A DNA stretch of 64,000 bases from Mytilus californianus (GCF_021869535.1 NW_026262582.1:32860001-32924000); one strand, 5' to 3'. Shown: positions 51,262-64,000, counted from the first letter of the stretch. Numbers and translations are program-made. The notes: generated by a model not told the origin, from the sequence alone.

Positions 51262-52054
51262 TGATATGACGTATACATGTAGTGTTTTGTAGTACGTATT
51301 TTTCTTTGAAACAATCTTTTTTCTACAGAAAACGACAATTTTATTTAGTAAATATCAAAATTCGAAGACCTTTATCAATCCGTGTCTTATACGCTTTCGT
51401 GTATGCTCAGTCGGCGTACTACCCGCGAAAATTGATTTTTGTTTTGTTTAAACTCTTGCCTAATTGTACTGCGATTTCGCGGGCATCTTTAGTATATAGA
51501 ATGCTGTCAGGATCAGTAAACTATGTTTTTATAAAAATTTAATACTTAACTGAACAGTACGTCAATTAGTCTTCGGTGAAAATTTTAGGATGGTCTATCT
51601 GCCAACCTCGCGATGCAGCGATTTACTTCCGGAATCAATCGTACGGCGGTTATACCCCGTGGGCATGATAGAACTATTTACATATGTAACAATAAAATGT
51701 ATTTAATATGGCCATATATTCTTGCAATCACGTATTTGCTAATTTGTAACAACAATTTGTAAAGAATTCAAACATAATTTAAGGTGACTCGAATGTTGCT
51801 GATACTGGAATTTTGACTCGAACTCGAAGTTTAACTTGGAAAATAACTCAAAATATAACTTGAAGATCATCTCGAACTTGAACTCGAACTATAATTGATT
51901 GTAATTAAGCCACATGCAATTTACCACCTCGCAACTCCTAGAATGTGTGTTCCAGATATAATACACGCAAAGAATTTTGAATATCACAAAAGGAACTGAT
52001 AGGATTCAGTTTTATTCATGTTTGATAAAAAATGAGGTGTGCATGTTAAGGTTA

Positions 52055-52500
52055 GAACCTATAATTATGAGATATCAATCTTGACCCCGAAATTTACTAG
52101 GCCGACATAAATGGACCTACCAATCTTTACTAATACCCCCACATGCTGCATACTAATAGGAAAAACAGCAAATACCAACTTTCTTCTTTGGTTTCAACTT
52201 GCTGAGAATCGAATCCACGTCGATTCAAATATGAGTAAATATTTTATTTATTTCATGGCAGTGCTTAGGTTTCGAGATATAAGCAAAAAACCGCCCCATT
52301 TATGTTTAAGTTTTTGCAATGGTGGCAATTTTTTTATGTATGAAATCCCCGGATAGAATTTATAAACTAGACACAACTATAAAAATCATCCAGTTAAAGT
52401 TGGATGTATTTGGAACAGTAATTTCAGAGGAGAAGAATTTTAAAATAATTTACGACGACGGACGTCAAGTGATGACAAAGGCTAACATCGCCCTATTTTA
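52055..52500. mobile_element. Helentron/HINE-like non-autonomous repeat remnant (related piece ~54640-54830)
   Basis: Ends in gacgacggacgtcaagtgatgacaaaggctaacatcgccc, resembling from memory the termini of bivalve Helentron-associated repeats. Confidence 0.4.
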
Positions 52501-53534
52501 GACTGTATGTGAAATGTTAAAGCTGCAAAAAAACAAGTACTAAATATCTTTTCGATCTAGACTATTTTTGACATATCAATTTTCAGAATAATTTGATGAT
52601 TTCTGAGTGATATTAAAGTCTAGGGACACGTGAGTTTTATAAGTTATAATTGGTGTAAGACTAGGTTCAGTAACTGTCAATCGGTACTTTATCTTTTTGA
52701 TCGTTGGTTTTTTTATGCCTTGTTGAGTTGAACCATTTTCAATATATCTTTATAATTCATTCTTATGTTGTACTGTTTTGTAACTTTTTTTTCATGCATA
52801 CTCTAGCCAAAATCATGACTCTGCACCCAAGCGACATTACATATCCAAGTGATAATACAGTCGAAAGTTGTTTACCGACAAGTGACCGTACAGTGAAAAA
52901 TATATAGTGACATGTGTTTTTAAAGATTTAGAACTATTTGTGAGTGTAAACATATTGAAGTTAAATTTGAGGAAAAACTATATATTAATTCTTTTTAAAC
53001 ATCTTTAAAATTTTGAAAACAATTCTTTTATTAAAAGTCAAAACTTCAGCTGAACGAACACAACTATTTCCATAATTTGGGTCGGAGCTCTTAGTTTTAT
53101 TTCAATTTCCCCCCTGTTTTTCTTGCTTTAAGAATTGGTTCGGCACCCCTTAATGTTTGAATATTAATGACAGATACAAAAGTTTTCTCATATACATTAC
53201 AAGTAAGCCCCAGAGATAATAATGAAAAAAAAAAACACGTATCCGAAAATTATTTCGAATATCGGAGAACCGCTTGTTGACAGTCTCCCGAATGACCACA
53301 ATATCTAAAAAAAACATACAGTTGCGTTCCCACATTGTGTTTATTAAATAGAGAACATAAACATTTATAGCTCTTTTTTAAAAATTTTTATACCTTTTTA
53401 ATCACATCGATGGCTTTAATGAGGGTAGCGATGCACTTTACCGTCAGGCGCCAAACGGTCATTTTCGGCTTACGTCGCGTTAGCGACAAAATGGTTAAAG
53501 TTTTATCGTGATTCGTCCAAATATCCTTATCGTA

Positions 53535-54092
53535 CGGTGGCAGAATGCTGCCATGTAAGAAAAAAATACTGTTCCCTCAAGATACTTTGTCGTTCCCTCA
53601 AGATGCTATGCCGTTCCCACAAGAAAGTGTTATCGTTCTCTCAAGATATTATGTCGTTACCACAAGATAGTTATCTCGTTCCCTTAAGATGCTATGTCGC
53701 TCCCTCAATATGCTATGCCGTTCCCACAAGAAAGTTATATCGTTCTCTCAAGATATTATGTCGTTACCACAAGATAGTTATGTCGTTCCCTTAAGATGTT
53801 ATGTCGTTCCCTCAAGATGCTATGCCGTTCCTACAAGAAAGTTTTATCGTTCTCTCAAGATATTATATCGTTTCCACAAGATAGTTATCTCGTTCCCTCA
53901 AGATGTTTTGTCGTTTCCATGAGATAGATATCTCGTTCCCTCATGATGATATGTCGTTCCCTCAAGATATTATGTCGTTCCTTCAAGATATTATGTCGTT
54001 CTCACAAGATAGTTATCTCGTTCCCTCAAGATGCTATATGCCGTGTCCACAAGATAGTTATCTCGTTCTCTCATAGCCGCATATTACCACCG
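53535..54092. mobile_element. TA-flanked MITE carrying an internal minisatellite
   Basis: TA-cggtggcagaatgctgccatg versus (rc) TA-cggtggtaatatgcggctatg. Confidence 0.7.
53571..54070 (+). repeat. 21-22-bp minisatellite (~23 units) with a 5-mer, 107-bp higher-order repeat
   Basis: Unit ~gttccctcaagata/gttatgtc. The variant ending gatgctatgcc recurs at 53592, 53699, 53806. Confidence 0.92.
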
Positions 54093-55393
54093 TATTCTCG
54101 AGATTCAGAGATCTCAAATAATTATTTGTTACCGTTATTTGTGGAGAAAAAAAATTGTCAAAAGCAGTCGATTTTTTTTATCGTCATTAACAAAATGGTC
54201 ATGCATCGAAAATTACAGTTAATGTCATTTGACAACAATTTTTTTACCGTTGTTCGTAATGAAGGTTTCCCAATTACGACCCTCTTTTACATGGCTTTTG
54301 CCGACTGAATAATGTTTTCACAATATTTTAGTTCCATCTTCACAAAGAAGCGAGAGAAATTTTATTAATTAGAAAGATGCACAAATGTATACTATATCAT
54401 TTGAGCTTTACTTGGCTGTTGATGGAGACCTTACATTTCAGCAAAATAAATATAAGAAGATGTGGTATGAGTGCCAATGAGACAACTCTCTCTTGTAAAT
54501 ATGTATACATTTTTGATTCTCTACAATCTTATGTCAGAATTACACATCGATTCAAAACATGCAATTGAAATGATCAATTCTTAATTTCTCTCATTCCAAT
54601 CCAGACCAGTCTTATCATTTTACATGTACATATTTCCACCCTTTTTGTCAAGCCTGCGAAATCTATTTATAAAGCGGGACATACCGATAATAGATTACGT
54701 CGTCGGCGTCGGGGTCAACATTTCGGTACAGTCTGTGGACCCTCTGTGGTTACATTTTGTTTGAGATATCAATAACTTTGTCAACCCTTCGTATAATTTC
54801 ATGAAATTGGACAGAAGGTTGTTTATGACCAAAAGACAGTATCAATCTAAGATTTTTTTTTTTTAATTCTGTAAGTCACTGATAAATGGACTAATTTTTA
54901 AGTTAACATTACACTTTTACGCTGACAGCAGCATAAAACCGCGTGACAAAGGGTTCCGAATTTTTTGATAACATGTATTCCTTTTCGGTTATCGTCATTA
55001 TAAAATATTTTTTCTTTGTTCATATTTATAACCATTTTGCTACTTTTGCAGATAAGATATGTTTAAACTAAATGGCTTTCTTTAAATTATTTATATCGTT
55101 CCTTTCTCATTGTTTTAAAACTTTAAGGCACTAGTATTAAGGTTCTTTGGCTATCGTAGTACTACCATTTCATTTTCATAGTAATAATAACATTTGCAAA
55201 AGCTATTTTCTATTATATATAACTATTGAAACCATTTTAAGGGGAGCTAGTACCGTTCTGTATTGTTGCACACCCGAAATTTTATTGTTCAAGTTCCAAT
55301 TTTATGTATATTTTTCGTCTGTTGTGTAGGTAAGGAACAAATATATCCGTGTACATCACAGGCACTTGTTTCTGTCATTTGGAAGGTCAACTA

Positions 55394-55601
55394 CTGTGGA
55401 TTAATTTATTTTCGTGGCTATCAATGTTCGTGGATTAAGGAAAAAATGCATTTTATTGATATTTATTTCGTGGTTTTGCCAATTTATGCATACAAAGCCT
55501 ATAGAAAAAAAAATAATTCGTTGACTTAAATTATTGGTCCACCTGTACCCACAAAAGCCATGAAAATTGGTATCCAACGAATAATGTTGAAACCCGCACA
55601 G
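55394..55601. mobile_element. ~208-bp Tc1/mariner-type MITE
   Basis: TA-ctgtgg...cacag-TA termini, with internal ttcgtgg repeats. Confidence 0.65.
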
Positions 55602-57052
55602 TATCAAAATATCTGACGTCACAAGTTTTTTTTTATAAATATACCCTCATACCCTTCCCATATCTTTTTGAAAGAGTGCTGCTTTTTTTTTTCTAACAGC
55701 TACAGATTTAGATAATTTCAAATGCACTCGTGGAATAAAAATTAAAAACAAAATATTATTAATATTTCAACCGGAGTTATTATAATTGGACAAACAAGCA
55801 CTCCCTGCCAAAACGCGGACGTGACAGAAGACACCTGTTAGTAGCGTCAACAGTAAACATTTGGTATAAAATTTAATTTGTCCATGTTTTTATTCATATA
55901 TCACCAACAAATGGTTTGGTCCAGATATTTCTGATTGTTTTGTTGAAATAATTTGTTATACATATAAATTGTAAGTACATAGCACGCACATTCTCTTTTA
56001 CTTTACCCAAAAGTCTGTGTGAAAGGAGGTTTTGAGAAATTTATCAAAGTCGTCCTTTCAAGGCGTGGTAAAAGTGTATCTGAAAACTCAAATATGCCCT
56101 ATCTACCAAGACGGTAGCGAAATATGATATATGTGTCATTTAAATTGTCCATGATTGCAATCCTTCCCTGAAAACCCTGTGTCGTCTAAAGATTCGGTGT
56201 CGGTTGTGCCTCAAAGTATGCAAGGCGACGGCCATCTTTTATGTAAAGATCGCTTTGCGACAGGTTTAACCACACGTAAATAGCGTTCGCGATTCACACG
56301 CAATGTACGACCATCGCAAAGTACGATTGTTTTATGAAACGGAATTTTAGCGTTACGTTTGGTTAACGTTTAAACGTATGCTAACGATTGTTTTATGAAA
56401 CAACAGCAAGGGCTACTGTGCTAGCTAATCTAATAGTTGAATTTTACAATAATAATGATTTTAAAATTCAAAATTATGTCACTTTCACTAATAATTTGAA
56501 GCATTATTTTTTTTCAGAATTTCTGTCAATATTTTTAGTAAACTTATCCTTTTTCTGTAGGATATTTTCTAGGCAGTATTGTACTGTTCAACTAAGAAAC
56601 AGGCTTGAGTTTAAAGGCTCTTTTACTTTGAAGAAACCTATTGTGACTCTTGGTCCCACTTTATAGAATATAGAATATAAATGATTAGTACTATTTATTA
56701 TTTTACTTTCCAGAAAGATTATTCAAATTGTATAAAATATGTTTTATTGCATTAAAAATAATAAGAAGTGTTTAAAAAAATTCTACTAGGAGTGATCCCA
56801 TATACCATTATAAAAAAATACAAAGTATATTTCATCAGCCAGAGCTAATTTGTATCAATATAGCTAGGTTTCTACATGTAGGTGCCATTATCCACATTTC
56901 TTAATCATTTTTTTTACTAATTTTTTGTCTTTTAATTTTTACATCTAATCCTTCTCTGAAAAGTAGGGAAGTATCATTCTTTTCTTTATATTTTTTTAAC
57001 ATAGTTGTTAATCGAATTTCGTTTATTTTCTTTCTGATTTTTGTAAAGTATA

Positions 57053-57925
57053 AAAAAAGAAGATGTGGTATGATTGCCATTGAGACAACTCTCCACAAGA
57101 GACCAAAATAACACAGAAATTAACAACTATAGGTCACCGTACGGCCTTCAATAATGAGCAAAGCCCATACCGCATAGTCAGCTATAAAAGGCCCCGAAAT
57201 GACAATGTAAATCAATTCAAACGAGAAAACAAACGGCCTAATTTATGTACAAAAATTGAACGAAAAACAAATATGTAACACATAAACAAACGACAACCAC
57301 TGAATTACAGGCTCCTGACTTGGGACAGGCACATACATACAGAATGTGGCGGGGTTAAACATGTTAGCGGGATCCCAACCCTCCCCCTAACCTGGGACAG
57401 TGGTATAACAGTACAACATAAGAACGAACTATAAAAATCAGTTGAGAAAGCTTTACTCATCAGATGGACAAAAATACAAGTGAACGTGGACAGGTACTTG
57501 TACATCCCAACAACAAAAAGACACTAGGTACAGATCTGAGAGAACTCGCAGTTAACTGACAACTAATAAAAAAATTCATGCATCTAAGACTAAATTATCA
57601 ATCCGTACACATCCAACATCCAATGGATTTCGTGTAAAGTCGTCATAAACAGTCAGAGAAAAACATGACCTTGTGCAATGCCAAGATACAGGTTTCGACG
57701 GATTGTAGATCCATGAATGTGTATATGTATATAACATACAAGTAATATTTAGTTTGCTTTTAATTTACTGATAACAAAATCAATATTTATACCAATAAAA
57801 ACAATATTCAATGATCTTATTACAGTGTTGAATTGGTAACCTTTTAGAATAAGTGTATTTAACGGATCGACAAGTTTACCAGGATCGTTTCTAAATTTTC
57901 GGGCACGGTTAACAACATTTCCGTA
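57053..57925 (-). mobile_element. 5'-truncated PLE family 1 copy (RT C-terminus + 3'UTR)
   Basis: Close reverse match to 9450-10278. Confidence 0.88.
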
Positions 57926-59869
57926 AAAATAGTATACGCCTTTTTATGCATTTTGCTGGGTTTTTATTTTTGACTGGTGATATTAAGGGGAAATACTCAC
58001 TTGCACAAATCGTCCATAAAAAACACCGCTTCGTATTAAAAATAACTTGACGTTTGCGTATCCAAGATTCTATTGCCTAGATATTCATAATGAGTGTTTG
58101 TCTTTATGAGATGCTTTATTAGATTTAAATTCAGCTCATCATTTTTAGTTTCCTCGACAATATTTAGATTTTTCGATCAGGAGACTTGACAATATTCAAG
58201 ATTATTTGGCTCAATAAGTTTTTATAACGAGAGTGGTATTTAGTGAGTAAAATTGAAGTTTGTCTCATCCGTAGTTTTACTGAAATTTCACGGTCACGTG
58301 ACTCTATTGTTGCTGATAGACTTGGGGTCAGACCGTGACCTGCTTTCCAACTGCATCTCAATTAGGAAGAATATATTTGCCACTTTTGTCAGAATTGGTT
58401 CTATAGTTCAAAAAAGATGCCTTTAATTAGAATTAAGACTTTAAACTTAGCTGATGAATATTTGCAAAACAACTTGTTCGAAATGCTGATGATCATGCTA
58501 GTTCTGCAGACTTGGCAATATATGTAATGATAATGTTTGGATAGAACAGTTAATTCATTCTTGTTGTTGGAAAGTATAGTGCAACTTCAAAGTATCCCTT
58601 TACTCAGAATAGTATTAACCAATAGACATGCGTATAACACAGTGTCTTAATAATTCTAATCTGTTGATAAATGCCTGTTAATTGTTGATACTTTTATAAA
58701 TCTATGTGGCAATTCAATGAGAAAAAAATGACTATGTCATTGTGTTAGTGTTTTACTCTTCATTATTATGCCTTGCTACTTTGCGCATTTGAAATGAGTT
58801 TAACATAATGTTTTTGGTATATAAAAATTAGACAGTTAACATCTGGATGAGGTAAACAGTGATAGGTGGTCATCCTAAACTTTGATGTACTTTTAGTCAA
58901 TGGTAAACGACTCGCTGTGACTTTTGATTGAAAAACAGCAACAAAAGACCTATTCGTGAGTCGGAATTGTGTCATGTTAATTTACAAATTGTTTATCAAG
59001 AATATATACAACATTAATTCTTGTAGTAATTGTTCTGTTGATACTCTGTCTCATATGCATTTTTAAGTTCGATAAAATTATCCACGATAGTGAACAAATC
59101 ATAACCCGCCAGTGTTCTTTCTGTTAAATCAAAGCATCATGGATATTGTGATGCAGCCAATTTTGTAGCTCGTCTGACAATTTTTTTTACCATTTTTTCA
59201 ATAATTATCTTGTTGATCTTTATTTCTATTATTTTACTGTAAAACGTTTGCTCTATTGCCAAAATACTGATGCAATTTTTTTGGTATTTCAATTGAAAAC
59301 ACTGTAAGGGGCATTTTTTTTTTTTGAAACATTTGAAATTCAATGATTTTGACAAAAATCCTCAAATGTGTAGCATATACTGTATATGCCACTAATAATA
59401 ATTGCCTTCATAATTTCTAGAAAAAGGCATGAAAATGCACTTTCTCATCAAAAAAAACTTTTATCTAAATTGTTGTTCATTATTTCATTTAGGAAAATAT
59501 ACATGTCCTGTATTTATAGGTACACGTACAAAAACCTAATCATTAGATAATTCCATTTACTGTTAAATAGCAATATCAAGCTTTTCCCGTAGTATAATCC
59601 ACTATTATTAAATGTCATCGAAAAATGAGATCTAACTTAAACATCAACGAAAGTTTGTTAACTTTGCAAACAGTTGTTTTACTCTAAACGTTTATCGTTT
59701 ATTTAGCTCAATATACAATTACATGTTTACTGCATTTCCTTTCACTTTCTCAAAGTTCTTACATTGACTTCAATGCATTTGTTCTCTAAAGATGGTCAAG
59801 CCAAGGTCTATACAGGGAGTCACTACGCCAATTTTGTCTATTAGGCTGATGAATGTGAAAACATTTTTT

Positions 59870-60150
59870 TTACAAGTTGAAAGTAATATTGTTAGCTTTT
59901 GAGTCATATTTTTTTTTTACATTAAATGTCTTACATGTTACATTTTTGTAACAAAGAATAGTTTGTTGAGTGTTTTTTACTTGATCCATTTGCTTTCTCG
60001 TTTGAATTGTTTCACATTTTTTTTTTATGTTTTGGCTTTTTATAGCTTTCTGTGCGATATGGGTTGTGCATTTGATCAAAGGCAGCATGCTTCAATCTAT
60101 TTTATTTGACCTCTTGTGGATTATGTGTCATTGACAATCAGATTATTTGT
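59870..60150 (+). mobile_element. Decayed PLE family 1 3' end
   Basis: ttctcgtttgaattgttt..ctttt(a)tagct..ctcttgtgga..gtgtcattgacaatca. Confidence 0.55.
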
Positions 60151-60170
60151 TTTTACTTTTTTGGATTCGA

Positions 60171-60214
60171 GCGTCACTGATGAGTCTTTTGTAGACGAAA
60201 CGCGCGTCTGGCGT
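60171..60214 (+). ncRNA. Minimal type-I hammerhead ribozyme
   Basis: Stem I gcgtca/tggcgt (2 G-U pairs), core CTGATGA, stem II gtct-tttgt-agac, GAAA, palindromic stem III acgcgcgt, GUC cleavage triplet (cut after 60208). Confidence 0.85.
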
Positions 60215-61795
60215 ATATACAAAATTTAATCCTGGTATCTATGATGAGTTTTTTTATACTTATTGTAGCTGTACAAACTTTAGCATCCTTTAATTTAAAA
60301 AAATATCGACGAAAAGGAAACACAAAAAAAAAGAAAATACTACAAAGACAAATAGAGATTTAGCGACGGAGAGACACAATCCCCACCAAAATATAAAGGT
60401 GTCATTGTGTGCTCCCGAAGGGAATGCTGCTTTTTCTTAACTAATGTCATCTGTTTAGTTGCAAATGACAAGCAATAAATCGTTGTTCAGTCTCATTCGT
60501 TCACTTTTTTACTTATAAAATTGAAAAGTTTAATGTTAAGAACGACTGTCTATTGAAACACAGATATATCAAACGATAACTATACATCGTAGATAAAAAA
60601 AAATAAAATAAGCATCAAGCACATTTGCTATGTTAATAACAACATAATGTCGATACGTTAGGCGCGTTTTGGGTACAAAAATTCAACATGTTTAGCCTTG
60701 CATCTGTAGTTTTTATACAAAAACGCATATCTTTTCAATCTTATTTCTGATAAAAAAAAATGTGTATAGATAAAAACACTGTTGTTATCAGTGAAACCAT
60801 GCTCCAAATGGTGAGTCTCGATCACAAAACTTGAAATTTGAAATCAAAATCATACAATATACGTTATTATTCATTCCTTATACATTTCTATTTAAACAAA
60901 AATGTAAAAATGATATTAATACGATAAACTCATCATAGATACCATGATTGAAATTATGTTCGCAAGACATGAGTTTCATAAATAACAGGCTCGAATAAAC
61001 AAGTTGAAAAAGCCAGATAAAGTTGAAGACTATTGAGAACCCCAAATTTCGAAAGTTTTCGAAATATTGAGGACTGTTTAGGATGCAATGGGGTGTCAAC
61101 ATTGTTCACCAAAGGGGATGATCATTCTTTTCCTACCTTTATTCGATAATACTGAATCGTTTGTGTTTCACATTCACCCCTTCATCAAATTTCACAGAAC
61201 GATTTCAAGTCAGAGGTACTGCCTATCTCGATCTCGATGAAATATTTGAATTTGTGAGAAATTGGAAGTTTGCAGCATGACACTTTACAGACACTGTCTA
61301 TATAAAATAATCAGAAATATAACATCCTGTACTTTGATATGCAGTATATTTTAGAGTTTTAACTCAAATTAAGACATATCTATTTTTTCTTACGATGGCT
61401 ATATATATACATGTAGTTAAAGAATTATTAGTTGATTCAGATGTATAAGCATATTCATAGCAACGTCCTTATCTTAATCATTATACTAAACACATGTTGT
61501 GCTCAATATACCAAATACTATCAAGATAACACGATCATATACTAATAAGAACAATTCAAAGATGTATTCAGCTATAAATGATTTGAAACAATGATAAATA
61601 CTTACAGCAAGAAATTTCACGAGCAAGTGCCTAATCACAAATATGAACAATTTGAATGTATTGTAAAGAATGTAATATGCACTTTAGGTATTTTTTTTTC
61701 AATTATCCTAAGTTATGCATGATAAGACAAAACATATTTTAGACACCAAGTATAAAAAATATATATAAGACATATAATTATTTTTTTGTATTCAT

Positions 61796-62301
61796 CTAAT
61801 ACTTTCTCTTGTATATAACAAGCCAGTGATTTATTTTGCTATCCATTGCGAAGTATTTTAACGTATTTTGCAGCACGCTTGACGGGAATATTATTGTGTT
61901 TTGATAATTTTCATTGGTGATACTACTATATTGATGCATATCGATATCACAACGATTAATCGTCTGATAAGGATTTTCATAACCGTCACCATATTGTTTT
62001 AGTGAAGATCTTTCATTGAAACATACGACATCATCCCTTAAAACCATATCTGAGATACTGTTATTATTCAGTCCTGCAACGTTTGTTATTTGTTCAAAAC
62101 TATCATTGTTATAATTCAAAATTTATATTTCACGATCATTAACCTGTGCAGAGAAGTTAAGCGTCCAATTGAATTTTCTTGAACGCTTTACTGAGCAGTA
62201 TATATGTAAGGCAATGCAGAATATTATAATTCCTCCAACTATACTGCCCATGATTGCCCAACAATCACCATACTTATGTGTAGGATTATATTCTTCGTAG
62301 T
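61796..62301 (-). pseudogene. Locus E terminal exon (TM + C-type tail) with in-frame TAA; ectodomain not seen, presumably beyond the window
   Basis: tttcag|AC TAC GAA. TM CWAIMGSIVGGIIIFCIALHIYC, then ...DREI*ILNYNN... (TAA 62123-62125); the same frame continues to YENPYQTI, YSSI, YQNTI, WLVIYKRKY*. Confidence 0.88.
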
Positions 62302-63384
62302 CTGAAAATGATAAAAAAACAATAAACTGAAAAATTTGTTTCAATTTCATAATACGATAATGTTGCAAGTTTCCTCTATATTATGCTGCTTTAATTTCAA
62401 TAAGATGTGAAAAAAGGTTTTCAAAGCTCTATCCAAAATTGACATTATTCTTAACTAATTGAAATACTTTTTTACTATAGGACACATAACATATTAACGG
62501 TTTAAAATATCATGTTAAAATACATTTAGACGCAGTTAACTTTTCTTTTTTTCTGAACTTTATTTTCAAATAGCCTCATGAACACCAAATATATTTTGAA
62601 CCTTGCTGTTAACTTTATTTAAGAAAAAAAAACCGTTCGTTAGTCATATATATGATTAAAAAAAAAATGAAAAACTATTTGAATAATTTATATCGAGATG
62701 TTAGTTAAATATTTTTTAGGGTAATAGGCAGTTGATAATAGGTCAATTTTAAATGATAAAACAGGCAAATAATGATTTTTTTTGTGACGTCACAGTGACA
62801 CAATTTGGGGCATTTTTCAACTAGTGATACATGTGATAGCACTGTTTCAAATTCATTCACTCCTTTCACCACACTTAAATTGTTCATCGCTAAATAATGA
62901 GGATAAACAAATTATCCCTTTGTTTAGAGAGATACTGATGTATGCCGTTCACAACTGCTACACGAATTCATTATGAGGAGACATTTTAACTGCTTTCAAA
63001 ATTTACTAATATATATGGAAGCCTCAGCTGTCATATATTAGAGATTTACAAAACGTTATGCTGAAGCTTAAAATGTAAAGTTAAGACAGCGTGATGTTGA
63101 ATTGAGTCATCAAAATGCTAACTCTAAATTACAATATGCTAAGTTGAATTTGCGCAAAGTTGACTTGCAATGACAAGTGCTTTAGTCGTGATAGTATAAT
63201 GATAAGTCACGATGTTGTGATGATATGCCAAACACACGTAACGTTGGGTTTAAAGTACATGATGCGAAGTTGACGTTGCATGATGTTAGCTTGCAGATGG
63301 ATACTGCTCAGTCGTCCACTTCGATAGCTATGATAGCAAATAAAATGAATAGCTAAAATGTATGGTGCTGACTTGTTATTTATA

Positions 63385-64000
63385 AATGTTGAGCTGAGAT
63401 AGTACGATGTTATATCATTGTGATATTACGATAGGTCTATCATGCAATCTGTTGATTTAAAACACCATGATGCACAGTTGAAAGTACATGAAGTTAAGTT
63501 AAGATAACATGATGCTACACCACTATATTGAAACGAAAGGCTTACCATCAATTTGTTGACTTAAAACAACACGATACAACGTGTTAAGCTAAGATGCTCA
63601 CTTGAAACTACACGACGTACAGTTGAAATTTTGTAATGTTAAGCTACGATAGCACGATGTTATATCATTATAATGTCACAATAGGCTTATTATACAATTT
63701 GCTCATTTAAAATTACACCTCGTACAGCTGAAAGTACGTGATGTTAAGCTAAGATAGAACGTTGTTATATCATAAGAATTTCACGATAGGCTTACCACAC
63801 GATATGCTCATTTAAAACTACATGATTTTCAGCTGAAACTAAGTGATGTTAAGCTAAGATAGCATGTTGTTATATCATTAGAATGTCATGATAGGCTAAC
63901 CACACGATATGCTCGTTTAAAACTACACGACGTACAGTTGAAAGTACTTGATGTTGAGCTGTGATAGCAATATCTTATATCATAATAATATCTCGATAGG
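63385..64000 (+). repeat. 105-bp tandem satellite, running off the window end
   Basis: tgtt(a/g)agct at 63637, 63742, 63847, 63952, with more diverged units upstream. Internal ~21-bp gat/gac-started subunits. Confidence 0.9.

Larger units (their letters stand above)
50473..56407. mobile_element. Putative ~5.9-kb non-autonomous TIR element with nested repeats
   Basis: gctgccgtttcataaaacaatcgcta versus (rc) gctgttgtttcataaaacaatcgtta, with AAG on both flanks and a repeated gtttcataaaacaatcg subterminal motif. No transposase ORF seen. Confidence 0.5.

Noticed and set aside
53571-54070. CRISPR-like regular repeat, and ORFs 53537-54308
   Set aside because: No unique spacers, contiguous diverged monomers, eukaryotic context and no cas genes. 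The ORFs are just translations of the repeat.
49449-58065. Identical 24-mer ataacttgacgtttgcgtatccaa at 49449 and 58042 as LTRs or element ends
   Set aside because: Similarity does not extend on either side. Most likely two fragments of a dispersed repeat.

Overview
AT-rich eukaryotic DNA with spliceosomal GT-AG introns. The repeat content looks like a bivalve (Mytilus-like) genome, which is an inference and not a database result. The window holds a minus-strand tandem cluster of five related type-I membrane immunoglobulin-superfamily receptor loci that share one TM/cytoplasmic exon with seven conserved tyrosines. In transcription order they are: E (terminal exon only, 61796-62301); D (orphan tail fragment, 48510-48892); B (44331-35165: signal, IgV, 4 Ig, FN3, TM, tail); C (~29070-21932: 2 IgV, three 39-nt stalk micro-exons, TM, tail); and A (15224-900, same layout as B). 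The tails carry an ITAM-like YxxI/L/V-x9-YxxI, and B adds a canonical ITIM. Every visible copy has at least one ORF-disrupting lesion. All internal exons are phase 1-1, so the single lesions in B and C could be bypassed by exon skipping. The rest of the window is transposon-derived: a decayed Penelope-like (Naiad-type) RT interrupted by a hAT MITE with an 8-bp TSD, many 5'-truncated PLE copies, several TIR elements, tRNA-derived repeats, two satellites, and an apparently intact minimal type-I hammerhead ribozyme at 60171-60214. All exon boundaries and translations were read by hand, and no searches were run.
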